NCBI GenBank assembly: GCA_945875805.1
Contig: CAMCLY010000002.1
Location: 1 to 63,928 of the forward strand
Length of the DNA stretch: 63,928 bases
Direction of reading: 5' to 3'
DNA from: an uncultured Myxococcales bacterium
GTDB lineage: Bacteria; Myxococcota_A; Bradymonadia; UBA4248
Position 1 is the first letter of the stretch, and every line of letters begins with the position of its first letter. Below are positions 19,649 to 28,803 of this stretch, piece by piece. The position numbers and the translations under genes were made by a program. The notes below the pieces were generated by a model. The model saw only the letters and a program-made list of their open reading frames with translations. It made no database searches and was not told where the DNA came from.

Positions 19649-20031
19649 TAGAAGCATGTGGTGCGGCCTCATTCAAACGATGTGGGATCGTAGGCACCTT
19701 TTGATGACGTCAAGGAGTTTTTTTTTGAGGCATGTTTTTAGGAAAAACTGCGTTTGGATGAGCGGACGAGGCGCGTGAAAATGGCGAAGTCGAGGGATGG
19801 AGCGAGTTTGCGCGTTATAAAATCGCGCTTGCGTTGCGCGTGCTATATCGCATACAAGGAGCGACGGTTTATCGTCGCACTGGGCAAAAAGCTCGATGGC
19901 GATAACGCTTTGAAATATTCAAATGTGTCTTTTTGAATCCACACGTCATGTGTGAATTGAAACAGTGGGTAAGCAGAGGAAATTCCCCAGAGTGGGGAGA
20001 AATCCTCGTCTTTTTAGGAGAAAAAAGGAAA

Positions 20032-21960
20032 ATGATTCAGATGTCGAACACGAATCGCGTGCTCATGGTGATGGCCAGCGTGGCGTTGTTTGGTCTTGTG
20101 GGGTGCAAGCAAGCGCCCAAGGCTGGAGCAGTAGATACAGCTCCCGTGCCTGCGGCCCTGACCGCGGAACAGGCTCCTGCGGTGGATCCCTCGCTTCCGA
20201 TTCCGCTCAATGTCGGTTTGCTTCCGCTTCGTGGCAACGTCAATGCGAAGGTGACGATTGTCGAGTTCAGCGATTACGAATGCCCGTTCTGCAGTAGAGT
20301 GGAACCCACCATTGATCAGATCCTCAAAGACTATCCCAATGATGTCCGTGTGGCGTTTGTGAACAATCCGCTTCCGTTCCACAAAAATGCGATGCCTGCG
20401 GCCAAGGCAGCGGTGGCCGCCCAGCGTCAGGGCAAATTCTGGGAAATGCACAAGGAACTCTTTGCCAACCAGAAACAACTGAATGAAGCCTTTTATAAAG
20501 AGACAGCCAAGAAACTCGGTCTTGATCTGGCGCGTTTTGAAGCGGACATGAACAGCCAAGAAACGGCCGACTTCATTGCCAAGGGGATGAAGGATGGCGC
20601 TGCCTATGGCGTTCAAGGGACTCCTGGTTTCCTCATCAACGGCGTGCTTTTTGTCGGCGCTCAGCCGATTGCCGCCTTCAAGAAAGAGGTCGATGCCGCA
20701 CTTGCGCGTGCGAACAAAGTGGCTTCCGAGAAGAATCTCTCCGGCGAGGATCTGTATCGTGAACTCGTCAAAACCGCGCCGAAGCCCGCTCCCGAGCCCG
20801 AAGAAGCCGCTCCCGCCGGTCGTGTCCTCGTCGATGTGGGCAACGCTCCTGTGCTCGGCGATGTCAACGCGCCCGTCACGATTGTCGAGTTCACCGACTT
20901 TGAATGCCCGTTCTGCAGCCGCGGCAACACCACGTTGCATCAGCTCCTCGACGCCAACCCCGGCAAGGCTCGCGTCATCTTCAAACACTATCCGCTTCCG
21001 TTCCACAAAAATGCGAAACTTGCCCATCAGGCTGCAGAAGCTGCCAAGATTCAGGGTAAATTCTGGGAAATGTACGATCTGATTTTTGCCAATCAGAAAG
21101 CCATGTCCCGTGACGATCTCATTGGCTATGCCAAACAGATCGGTCTCGATGAAGCGAAATTTGTGGCCGATCTCGACAGCGATGCCGTGATCAAAGCGGT
21201 CGAGGCCGGCATTGCCGAAGGCAGCAAAGCCGGCGTGCGCGGCACCCCCCACTTCTTCTTCAATGGCACCCTTCTCAGCGGCGCCCAGCCCCTTCCCGCG
21301 TTCCAAGCTGCTTTGGACAAGGAACTCGAAGTCGCCAAGGATCCCAAGTACGCAGGTCTCACGGGCAATGCCCTCTATGAGAAAATCGTCAAAGACAACG
21401 CGGCTCCCGCGCCTGCGCCCAAAGCGCCCGCCGCTCCGATCGTCATCGACACCACCGGCGCGCCGTTCCGTGGTGCGGCCGATGCTCCCGTCACCATCGT
21501 TCAGTTCTCCGAATTCCAGTGCCCGTTCTGCAGCCGCGTAGAACCCACCCTCGACGAACTCCTCAAATCATATGAAGGCAAAGTCAAGATCGTCTTCAAA
21601 CAGATGCCCTTGCCTTTCCACAACAACGCTCAGAAAGCCGCCGAGGCCTCCCTCTTCGCGCATGCCAATGGCAAGTTCTGGGAGCTCCACAAGCTCATGT
21701 TTGCCAATCAGGGCGCTCTTGATGTCGAAAACCTCAAGAAATATGCGACCGAAGTGGGTCTTGATGCCGCCGCTCTGGAAGCCGCCCTCACGAGCAATCA
21801 ATACGAAGCCGCCGTCAAGGCGGACGTCGAAGCCGCTCAGAAAGCCGGCATTAGCGGAACGCCGACATTCGTGATCAACGGCAAACTTCTCGTCGGTGCG
21901 CAACCGATCGATGCCTTCAAGAAAGCCGTCGACGAAGCCCTCGCCGCTGCGGCGAAGTAA
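20032..21960 (+). CDS. Lipoprotein with three tandem DsbA-like thioredoxin domains
   Basis: Lipobox LFGLVGC. Three repeats of VTIVEF(S/T)D(Y/F)ECPFCSR ... PLPFHKNA ... GKFWEMH ... GTP(G/H/T)F. The start is at an ATG preceded by AGGAG; the ORF-track start at 19933 is rejected. Confidence 0.9.
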   Translation: MIQMSNTNRVLMVMASVALFGLVGCKQAPKAGAVDTAPVPAALTAEQAPAVDPSLPIPLNVGLLPLRGNVNAKVTIVEFSDYECPFCSRVEPTIDQILKDYPNDVRVAFVNNPLPFHKNAMPAAKAAVAAQRQGKFWEMHKELFANQKQLNEAFYKETAKKLGLDLARFEADMNSQETADFIAKGMKDGAAYGVQGTPGFLINGVLFVGAQPIAAFKKEVDAALARANKVASEKNLSGEDLYRELVKTAPKPAPEPEEAAPAGRVLVDVGNAPVLGDVNAPVTIVEFTDFECPFCSRGNTTLHQLLDANPGKARVIFKHYPLPFHKNAKLAHQAAEAAKIQGKFWEMYDLIFANQKAMSRDDLIGYAKQIGLDEAKFVADLDSDAVIKAVEAGIAEGSKAGVRGTPHFFFNGTLLSGAQPLPAFQAALDKELEVAKDPKYAGLTGNALYEKIVKDNAAPAPAPKAPAAPIVIDTTGAPFRGAADAPVTIVQFSEFQCPFCSRVEPTLDELLKSYEGKVKIVFKQMPLPFHNNAQKAAEASLFAHANGKFWELHKLMFANQGALDVENLKKYATEVGLDAAALEAALTSNQYEAAVKADVEAAQKAGISGTPTFVINGKLLVGAQPIDAFKKAVDEALAAAAK

Positions 21961-21987
21961 GCCGGAACGCATCGCTTGTGTTTTCGC

Positions 21988-22017
21988 AAACCGCCCTTTC
22001 GGGGGCGGTTTTTTTTT
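21988..22017 (+). terminator. Rho-independent terminator after the DsbA-like gene
   Basis: aaaCCGCCC-tttcg-GGGCGGttttttttt. Confidence 0.75.
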
Positions 22018-22122
22018 GTAGTTTTTTTGTATCTGTTCGCCCGTCTATGGGCGCTGGGCGCCCATACGACGGGCCTTGGCGCGGGCTATTCGCCATGGGC
22101 GAATACGCCCGCGCGATGCATT

Positions 22123-22755
22123 TTATCCAAGCGTCATCCAGGACGTGGGGGCCCAGGTTTGGTCCGGCGAGTTTTGGATGGACACGCCGCATTTGGAGGC
22201 AAAATAACGGTGAAATGAGAGCGAGGATGAGAGTTCCGGGTGAAAACTGGTGATGAGTACATCGTCGTTTTCGGCAGCCGTGATGATGTCTCGCGTGACG
22301 TGAAGCACGCGCGTTTTACCCCACACGCGGCGTATTCCTGGGGCGCGGATAAAGACAAAGCGTTCTGGGGTATCGCAGACGCCTGGGATTGCCGTATCTT
22401 CTGTAAAACTGGCCAGTTGTGCGCCGAACAGGTTGCGTTCGACGGAGGCTTCGATGAGCGAGAGGCATGGCGTTTCCCCGATGATTTCGTCGGCACACAG
22501 GATGGCCCCGGCGCACGTCCCCCAGACGCGCATTTGGCGCGAGTGGACGGCGTCGATGATGGCCGAATCGAGTGCAAAACCTTTCATCAGGCGTCGAAGA
22601 CAACTCGACTCTCCGCCGGGAATGATGAGTCCTCGACATGGCGCCAGGTCGTCTGGATCTTTGACGTAAACCGGCTCGATTCCGCATTGGCGCAGGTGGG
22701 CGCCATGTTCGCGGAACCCGCCCTGGAGGGCCAGCACACCTATGGTTTCCTTCAC
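22123..22755 (-). CDS. pdxT: Pyridoxal 5'-phosphate synthase glutaminase subunit PdxT
   Basis: IGVLALQGGFREH, IIPGGESS and GTCAG (catalytic Cys) motifs. It lies directly downstream of pdxS. Confidence 0.93.
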   Translation of the reverse strand: MKETIGVLALQGGFREHGAHLRQCGIEPVYVKDPDDLAPCRGLIIPGGESSCLRRLMKGFALDSAIIDAVHSRQMRVWGTCAGAILCADEIIGETPCLSLIEASVERNLFGAQLASFTEDTAIPGVCDTPERFVFIRAPGIRRVWGKTRVLHVTRDIITAAENDDVLITSFHPELSSSLSFHRYFASKCGVSIQNSPDQTWAPTSWMTLG

Positions 22756-22756
22756 G

Positions 22757-23635
22757 CTAGATCCCTCTTTTGGCGAGTCGGTCGTCCTCGATGAGGTGAT
22801 CGCAGTTGATGCCGACCATGGGCTGACCGAGGTTGGCCGAGACGTCGGCCAGGAGTTTTGGGTCGTTGTAGTGCGCGGTGGCCAAGACGATGGCGCGGGC
22901 CCGTTTGGCCGGGTTTCCGGACTTGAAGATACCGGAACCGACGAAGATGCCGTCGCATCCGAGTTGCATCATGAGAGCGGCGTCGGCGGGGGTGGCAATG
23001 CCACCGGCGGCAAAGTTGACGACGGGAAGGCGTTTGAGTTCGCGGATTTTGAAGGCGAGTTCAAACGAAATGCCGTGATCTTTTGAGAAACGGTAGACCT
23101 CGGCGTCGGTCAGGGCGCAGAGTTGGGCGATTTCTCGGTTCATGGTGCGCATATGGCGGACGGCTTCGACGACGTCACCGGTACCGGCTTCGCCTTTGGT
23201 TCGAATCATGGCGGCGCCTTCCTGGATACGGCGGCAGGCTTCGCCCAGGTCGCGGGCGCCGCAGACAAACGGGATTTTGAACTGGTGTTTGTCGATATGG
23301 TTGTCTTCGTCGGCCATGGTAAGGACTTCGGATTCGTCGATGTAGTCGATGTCGAGGGCTTCGAGGATCTGGGCTTCGACGAAGTGGCCGATTCGGGCTT
23401 TGGCCATGACGGGAATGGAGACGGCGGCCTTGATTTCGCGGATAAGGGCGGGATCGCTCATCCGGGCGACGCCGCCTTCCTTGCGAATGTCGGCGGGGAC
23501 GCGTTCCAGCGCCATGACGGCCACGGCGCCCGCTTCCTGGGCAATTTTGGCCTGTTCTGCATTGACGACGTCCATGATGACGCCGCCTTTGAGCATTTGT
23601 GCGAGATTGACGTTAATTTCGTATCGTTCGTTCAT
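22757..23635 (-). CDS. pdxS: Pyridoxal 5'-phosphate synthase lyase subunit PdxS
   Basis: [27 protein letters not shown]-type N-terminus, TKGEAGTG and [19 protein letters not shown]. Confidence 0.97.
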   Translation of the reverse strand: MNERYEINVNLAQMLKGGVIMDVVNAEQAKIAQEAGAVAVMALERVPADIRKEGGVARMSDPALIREIKAAVSIPVMAKARIGHFVEAQILEALDIDYIDESEVLTMADEDNHIDKHQFKIPFVCGARDLGEACRRIQEGAAMIRTKGEAGTGDVVEAVRHMRTMNREIAQLCALTDAEVYRFSKDHGISFELAFKIRELKRLPVVNFAAGGIATPADAALMMQLGCDGIFVGSGIFKSGNPAKRARAIVLATAHYNDPKLLADVSANLGQPMVGINCDHLIEDDRLAKRGI

Positions 23636-23727
23636 GGTAATCGTGAAAAAAAGAGAAAAGAAACCCCGTCTGCGAGTGCAGACGGTTTAGAAACATAGCG
23701 CTTTTTGCGCGGAGTTTCGCAAAAAAT

Positions 23728-24762
23728 CTATGGGGAAATTGTAGTGCGAGTGGAGACGTTGAACTTGACCTCGCGCACGCGTTTGGGGAAATCGATGAGA
23801 ATTTCGACAACGGGGGTTTCCGGGGTTCCCCAGGAGGCGGTTTCGGCGTCGCATCGCACGTGGTATTTTCGGATATAGCCTTTGTCGCGGGCATGTATGA
23901 GTTCGGCGGTGACGGTGCGCGCGAGGGCTGCCCAGAGGTTTGCGTCGTTCTTGGGATGTGCGTGAATGACCTCAGCGCAGCGCGTTTCGAGGGCGGCGAG
24001 GAGTTCGCGTTCAAAGGCCGCTTCGTCGCATTCTGGGGCTGAGGTGTCGGGGACAAAAAGTCCGGGAGGAACCTCGACGTCGGCAAATGCGTGGGTGGAG
24101 GGGAGGGCATCGCGCGAGGGCGGCGTCATGAGACCGATGACCGGGCGCCGGGCGACAATTTTCTGTCGCAACACAAGGACGCCCGCCTCGTCGAGCGTCG
24201 CGGCATCGTCGGCGGACAGGGAGGCCGGTTCGTGTACTCCGCGCAGATGGGGGGCTGTTTTCAGCAGCAATGGTGCCGCGACGCAACTCGCCGGGAGCCA
24301 TTCGGGACTGCGGCGGCCGGGCGTCACGGTCGAAATATAGGGCCAGCAGAGCGTCGCAAAACGCGGAAGTACGCGTTGACGTCGCACGAGTTCGGCGACA
24401 GGGGTGTCGCGGGGGGCGTCAAAAATGATTTTGAACGCGTGGGTATCCTGTTCGCGCTGACAACGCGTGGATACGGCGTGTTGAATGGAAGGGTCGGTGA
24501 GACCTGGGAGGACGAGGGCGTCAAAGGGGTCGGTTTGGAAAGCCGTATCGAGGGCGTGCAAGACGTCGGTTTCGTCTGAAATGTCGGTATCGACGGCAAG
24601 GGTGCGCGGGATGCCGTTCATGGTGGCGTGACATGCGGCATGGGCTGCGAGGAAACTTTGTTGTTCGATCATCCCGCATAGATGTTGAAACTTGGCAAAG
24701 GTGTCGGTTTGGACTGGATGTCGCGGGTGTGTGGGAATGGACTGTAAAATGGCGAGTTTCAT
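23728..24762 (-). CDS. Divergent phage-tail-sheath-family protein (orphan)
   Basis: 344 aa. FATLCWPYISTV...LPASCVAAPLL, LDEAGVLVLRQ and the C-terminal NDANLWAALARTVTAELIHARDKGYIRKYHVRCDAETASWG...PVVEILIDFPKRVREVKFNV resemble the conserved core and C-terminal domain of contractile sheath proteins. The start is at the ATG behind a GGAG; the ORF-track start lies inside a repeat element. Confidence 0.55.
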   Translation of the reverse strand: MKLAILQSIPTHPRHPVQTDTFAKFQHLCGMIEQQSFLAAHAACHATMNGIPRTLAVDTDISDETDVLHALDTAFQTDPFDALVLPGLTDPSIQHAVSTRCQREQDTHAFKIIFDAPRDTPVAELVRRQRVLPRFATLCWPYISTVTPGRRSPEWLPASCVAAPLLLKTAPHLRGVHEPASLSADDAATLDEAGVLVLRQKIVARRPVIGLMTPPSRDALPSTHAFADVEVPPGLFVPDTSAPECDEAAFERELLAALETRCAEVIHAHPKNDANLWAALARTVTAELIHARDKGYIRKYHVRCDAETASWGTPETPVVEILIDFPKRVREVKFNVSTRTTISP

Positions 24763-24788
24763 GGTGGAACTCCAGGTAAATGGGAAGA

Positions 24789-24862
24789 GGGGGGTGCGGC
24801 GTATGGAGCGAAGCGAGATAGCCGCCGCCCTGAGGGCGTATCCGCCGGAGGGCGGATAGCCC
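24789..24862. repeat. Hairpin repeat family copy (two modules)
   Basis: ggggggtgcggcgtatggagcgaagcgagatagccgcc and gcgtatccgcc-ggag-ggcggatagcc. Confidence 0.75.
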
Positions 24863-24940
24863 GAAAAAAAGCCTCGCGTATCGTCACCGCAGGGGACGAT
24901 AGCGAGGCCACCCAAAGCACAACCGACTTATGAGGTTCGG

Positions 24941-27928
24941 TTAGTTGACCTGCGAGTGCTCGCTGTAGCCGGGGACGATGATGTAGACCTGGCGAGTACC
25001 GAAAACGAGGCCGGTGGTGGGGTTAATGACGTCGATATACGCCATGAATGTCTGGGCTTCGGCCTTGTAGGGGGCGCAGGTGTCGTTTTGAGCGTAGACG
25101 GTGAAGGCCAGATTGGCGCCTTCGACGCGGGAAGAAGCGGTGCCGGTGGCGAAGTTGACGAAGCCGTTGTTGTATTCGGGGGTGACGCCGTCGATTTCGA
25201 TTTGGGCGGGTGTGGCGGTGGGGTTACATGAGGCTTCGGGTTCCTGCGCCGGGGCGATGTAGCGCGTGGCGACGACCTGTTTGATGAAACAGCTCGTGTT
25301 GTTGCCGTTCTCCATTTCGAGTCCGCGGACGCGGGTGGCGACTTCGTAGGTACCGTATTTGACGAGGGCGTCGATGCCGTCGACGACGGTGTCACTCAGG
25401 GCGGTGCCGCTGGTGAGGCCGTAACTGAGGATGCACTGATTGTCGATGGGATCGACGCTTCCTTCGGCGGTGGTGACGGTGCAGCATTTATTTTCGCCGC
25501 ATTTCCAGTTGGAGGCGTCTTTTTTGAAGGCGCAGGCGGGGACGAGGGCGGAGGTTTCGAGGGAGGAGTTGCGCAGGACGGGGTGCTGTGCGCCGGCGGT
25601 GATGCCTTCCTTGTCCTTGTTCTCCTTGGCTTCGGTGGCGCTTCGTCGGTAGACGGTCAGCAGGCGGATGCCGTGTTCCTGATAGGCTTTGTGGACGTCG
25701 GCGTCGGTGTGGGCGTTGAGGATGTAGTTGGCGTCGTAGATGTATTCCTGGAGGGTTGCCGCGACGGTTTTGGCGGTGGAGGAACCGTGGGAGGGGGCGT
25801 CGGTGATGTGGACGACGACGGGGAGGGTGCCGTTTCGGAAACTGACGCCGCCCCAGTGTGCGTCGTCATTGGTGATGATGGGCATCCGGACGAGTTTGCC
25901 GGCGGTGGGTGACGTCAGGTCTTTGCCCTCGTAGTAGGCCGTCTGGGTTTCGTTGGTCATCTGGTCGGCCATGGCGATTTGGTAGAGCGACTCGTAACCG
26001 GATTCGGGGTAGTCGTAACCGTCGGTGAGTCGGAAGTTTTTGACGGCGTCGTTGAGGGCGTTTTTGGACGACGTGATTTTGCTCAGCAGTTGCCATGGGT
26101 TGTCTTTGGTAAATGGTTCGCGATCAACGGCCGCACCGTATCGGGCGGTGCCGTTGGCATTGCTGACGGGGAAGTCGGCGAATGCGGAGATGGCGAAGGC
26201 CCAGTCGCTGACGCGCTCCTGGACGCCGGGGATGATGGTGGTCTCAAGTTTTTGCGTGACGTTGGTGATTTCGTTTTGCATCGATCCGGTGACGTCGAGG
26301 TTGATGACGACGTCGAGCTTGGAGACGGCGGGTTTGAAGAGGAGTTCGTCGTCCTTCTGGTCGCCTTCATAGGGGAGTTCAAAGTAGAAGTCGAAGACGC
26401 CGTTGACGCCGAGTCCTGCGTTGCAGATGAGGTCTTCGGGGCGCGAAATGGTGGCGCGCAGGCCCGTGATGGGATCGTCAAACGAGCACCAGTCCTGGTG
26501 ATCCGTCTTGCAATGTTCGATGGCGTATTGGGCGGCGGCATGTTCGGCCGCATCGGCATAGCCATCGTTGTCGGTATTTTTGGTCAGCATGGCGGAATGC
26601 GCGTTCAGGGAGGTGAGCTTGCCGGAGGCGTCGACCACGGAGTAGTCGGTGCAGTCGATGTGGAACTCTATGCCGTCGGAAAGCCCGTCGCCGTCGCAGT
26701 CGCTTGAGACGATGCACTTGGTCGTGTTTCCGTCTTCGATGTAGACCAGTCCATATTCGTCTTTGTCGGGAATCGTGTCGTTGTCGGAATCGAGGTCGTA
26801 ACGGTCGATGGTGCCGTCGCCATCGGTATCCAGGGGGGATTCTTCGTTATCGGGGACGGTGTCGCCGTCGGAGTCGGTATCCATGTAGTCGGGGACGGTG
26901 TCTCCGTCGGTGTCCCACGGGGATTCTGGGGTGCCGGCGGCGCATGGCGATTCACCGCACATGCGGCCGGGCACGTACCCGGCCTCGGTGGTCAGCGTGA
27001 GGCCGACGATTTCGATCGTGTCCGAAACCGCGTCATTGTCGTTGTCGTCGTCGATATAGTCGGGGAGGCCGTCGTCGTCGGTGTCGAGGCAGGTGTATTT
27101 GGGATGTCCATTTTCGAGCACGGGGTTGCCGTCTTCGCCGAGCACCTGGGTGCACTGGCCTTCGGCGGAATCGGGAATTCCGTTGTTATCGGAATCGGTG
27201 TCGATAAAATCATAGAGGCCGTCGTCGTCGCTGTCGGCGGGGGTCAGAAGGGTCAGGCGCGCCTCGACGTAATCGGGAATGGTGTCATTGTCGGAGTCCT
27301 CGTCCTGGCAGTTGGGAAGGGTATCATCGTCGGAATCGACGTCGCAACGATCGTAATAATCGGAGATGCCGTCGCCATCGGTGTCGTTGGATTTGAGTTT
27401 GTCGTCCTCCGTTTTGGCGATACACACGCCGCCCTCGCATTCGCCCACGATGCACACCGTGTCGGCGGCCGAACACGACTGCCCGACGACCGCGCCGATT
27501 TTGCACGTCTTGGTTTCCGTGATGCAGCTGTATCCCGTGATGCACGGCGTGGACGCGCACGATTCGTTGGCGCCGGCCGTTATCGTGCACTTGCCGTTGA
27601 GGCATGTGCCCTGTTTGCACGCCTTATCTGACTGGCAATTCCCGCCCAAGTCGGATTTCTGTTCCTCGCTGCTGAGCTGGCACGTTCCGTTGATGCACGA
27701 ACCTTCGGTGCAAATCGTTTTGATGCCGCACGCGTCGTCAAGCGAGACCTTGAGAAAACACGTGCCTGCATTGCACAAATATCCCTCAATGCAGGGATTG
27801 TTTTCGTCACACACCGATGGATTGGGATCCTCCGGGCCGTCCGAAGAACTGTCGTCCGAACAGGCCCCCGCAAATGCCAGGGCGGTAATCATGAGGCTTA
27901 GCAAACCGTATTTCGATGGATTTTTCAT
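24941..27928 (-). CDS. Giant lipoprotein: Cys-rich repeats, thrombospondin type-3 Ca-binding repeats and a VWA-like domain
   Basis: Lipobox ALAFAGAC. N-terminal CxxGxC-type repeats. Many DxDxDGxxDxxD repeats (DTDGDGISDYYD, DTDDDGLPDYID, DTDSDGDTVPD). Then VVINLDVTGSM (a MIDAS-like DxTGS) and a large C-terminal region. AGGAG RBS. Confidence 0.85.
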   Translation of the reverse strand: MKNPSKYGLLSLMITALAFAGACSDDSSSDGPEDPNPSVCDENNPCIEGYLCNAGTCFLKVSLDDACGIKTICTEGSCINGTCQLSSEEQKSDLGGNCQSDKACKQGTCLNGKCTITAGANESCASTPCITGYSCITETKTCKIGAVVGQSCSAADTVCIVGECEGGVCIAKTEDDKLKSNDTDGDGISDYYDRCDVDSDDDTLPNCQDEDSDNDTIPDYVEARLTLLTPADSDDDGLYDFIDTDSDNNGIPDSAEGQCTQVLGEDGNPVLENGHPKYTCLDTDDDGLPDYIDDDNDNDAVSDTIEIVGLTLTTEAGYVPGRMCGESPCAAGTPESPWDTDGDTVPDYMDTDSDGDTVPDNEESPLDTDGDGTIDRYDLDSDNDTIPDKDEYGLVYIEDGNTTKCIVSSDCDGDGLSDGIEFHIDCTDYSVVDASGKLTSLNAHSAMLTKNTDNDGYADAAEHAAAQYAIEHCKTDHQDWCSFDDPITGLRATISRPEDLICNAGLGVNGVFDFYFELPYEGDQKDDELLFKPAVSKLDVVINLDVTGSMQNEITNVTQKLETTIIPGVQERVSDWAFAISAFADFPVSNANGTARYGAAVDREPFTKDNPWQLLSKITSSKNALNDAVKNFRLTDGYDYPESGYESLYQIAMADQMTNETQTAYYEGKDLTSPTAGKLVRMPIITNDDAHWGGVSFRNGTLPVVVHITDAPSHGSSTAKTVAATLQEYIYDANYILNAHTDADVHKAYQEHGIRLLTVYRRSATEAKENKDKEGITAGAQHPVLRNSSLETSALVPACAFKKDASNWKCGENKCCTVTTAEGSVDPIDNQCILSYGLTSGTALSDTVVDGIDALVKYGTYEVATRVRGLEMENGNNTSCFIKQVVATRYIAPAQEPEASCNPTATPAQIEIDGVTPEYNNGFVNFATGTASSRVEGANLAFTVYAQNDTCAPYKAEAQTFMAYIDVINPTTGLVFGTRQVYIIVPGYSEHSQVN

Positions 27929-28207
27929 GGGCGAACTCCTGAATAAAATGACACAACGCATGCCGCTCCATAACCACGGCACCACGTCAGCCGAACCTTA
28001 CAAAAATTTTGCATTATACTGTGACAAGCGTTCCAACTCAACCGCTGTCGCAGGATTCTGGATTTCTATGTTCCGCTTTATGCCTTGATTTGAGCCCGAA
28101 GAATAGCGTAGAAGCATCGCATTTTTCCGTGCCCTGCGGCGTTTTTTGCCGTGGCGGCGTTTCGTGCCAAAGACGGTCTTTTCTTCTTTTTTCGGATGTG
28201 CATCGCC

Positions 28208-28552
28208 ATGCAATCGGGTCTCATACAAAAACTCAGTTCCAATTTACAGGGATGGCAACGGCGGCAACTGCGCGGAATGGCGCACGCCCTCAAGCCCATC
28301 GTTCAGGTCGGTCATGCTGGAGTCTCCGATCAGCTCGTCGAACAGCTCAACACTGCCCTCTACGACCACGAACTCGTCAAGGTCAAAATCGTCAATACAT
28401 GCGAAGACGCCATCGAAGACGTCGCCACCGCCCTGACCCAGGCCACTCAAAGCGCCTGCGTCCAGCAAATCGGCCATATCCTGCTCTTCTATAAGGCAAA
28501 TCCGGACGAGCCTCGCATCGTATTTGTAAAACATCCCACCCCCTCCAGATAG
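28208..28552 (+). CDS. yhbY: CRM-domain RNA-binding protein YhbY
   Basis: LRGMAHALKPIVQVGHAGVSDQLVEQLNTALYDHELVKVKI...IGHILLFYK matches the YhbY/CRS1 fold pattern. The start is uncertain (28151 or 28208). Confidence 0.8.
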   Translation: MQSGLIQKLSSNLQGWQRRQLRGMAHALKPIVQVGHAGVSDQLVEQLNTALYDHELVKVKIVNTCEDAIEDVATALTQATQSACVQQIGHILLFYKANPDEPRIVFVKHPTPSR

Positions 28553-28803
28553 TCGGGTTCCCGCCACGTATTCAGGCCTTTTTATGCCCTCGTCGGGGCG
28601 GCGGCTGCCTCGGCCTTCGGCCTCCACACGCCCGCCGCGCGCGGCTATTTCACTGGCGTTCAATACGCCGCGCCCCTTCTCGCAGGGGCCCCTTCCCCCT
28701 GCCCGCTCAACCACAAGGTACTCGCCGGACGCGCGCGTCTTTGCGCAGTCCACGATGATGAAAAGATGCTCGAAATACTCATAGATATAACCACAGGTGC
28801 GAC

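Noticed and set aside
19754-19936. 60-aa ORF in the clpB/DsbA-like divergent intergenic region
   Set aside because: It has no RBS, an Arg/Lys-rich unremarkable sequence, and it overlaps the likely promoter/leader region of the DsbA-like gene. It is more likely non-coding.
27676-27695. Sigma54-like TGGCACG-n4-GTTGA motif
   Set aside because: It lies inside, and antisense to, the giant lipoprotein CDS. The -12 element does not match TTGC and no gene lies downstream.
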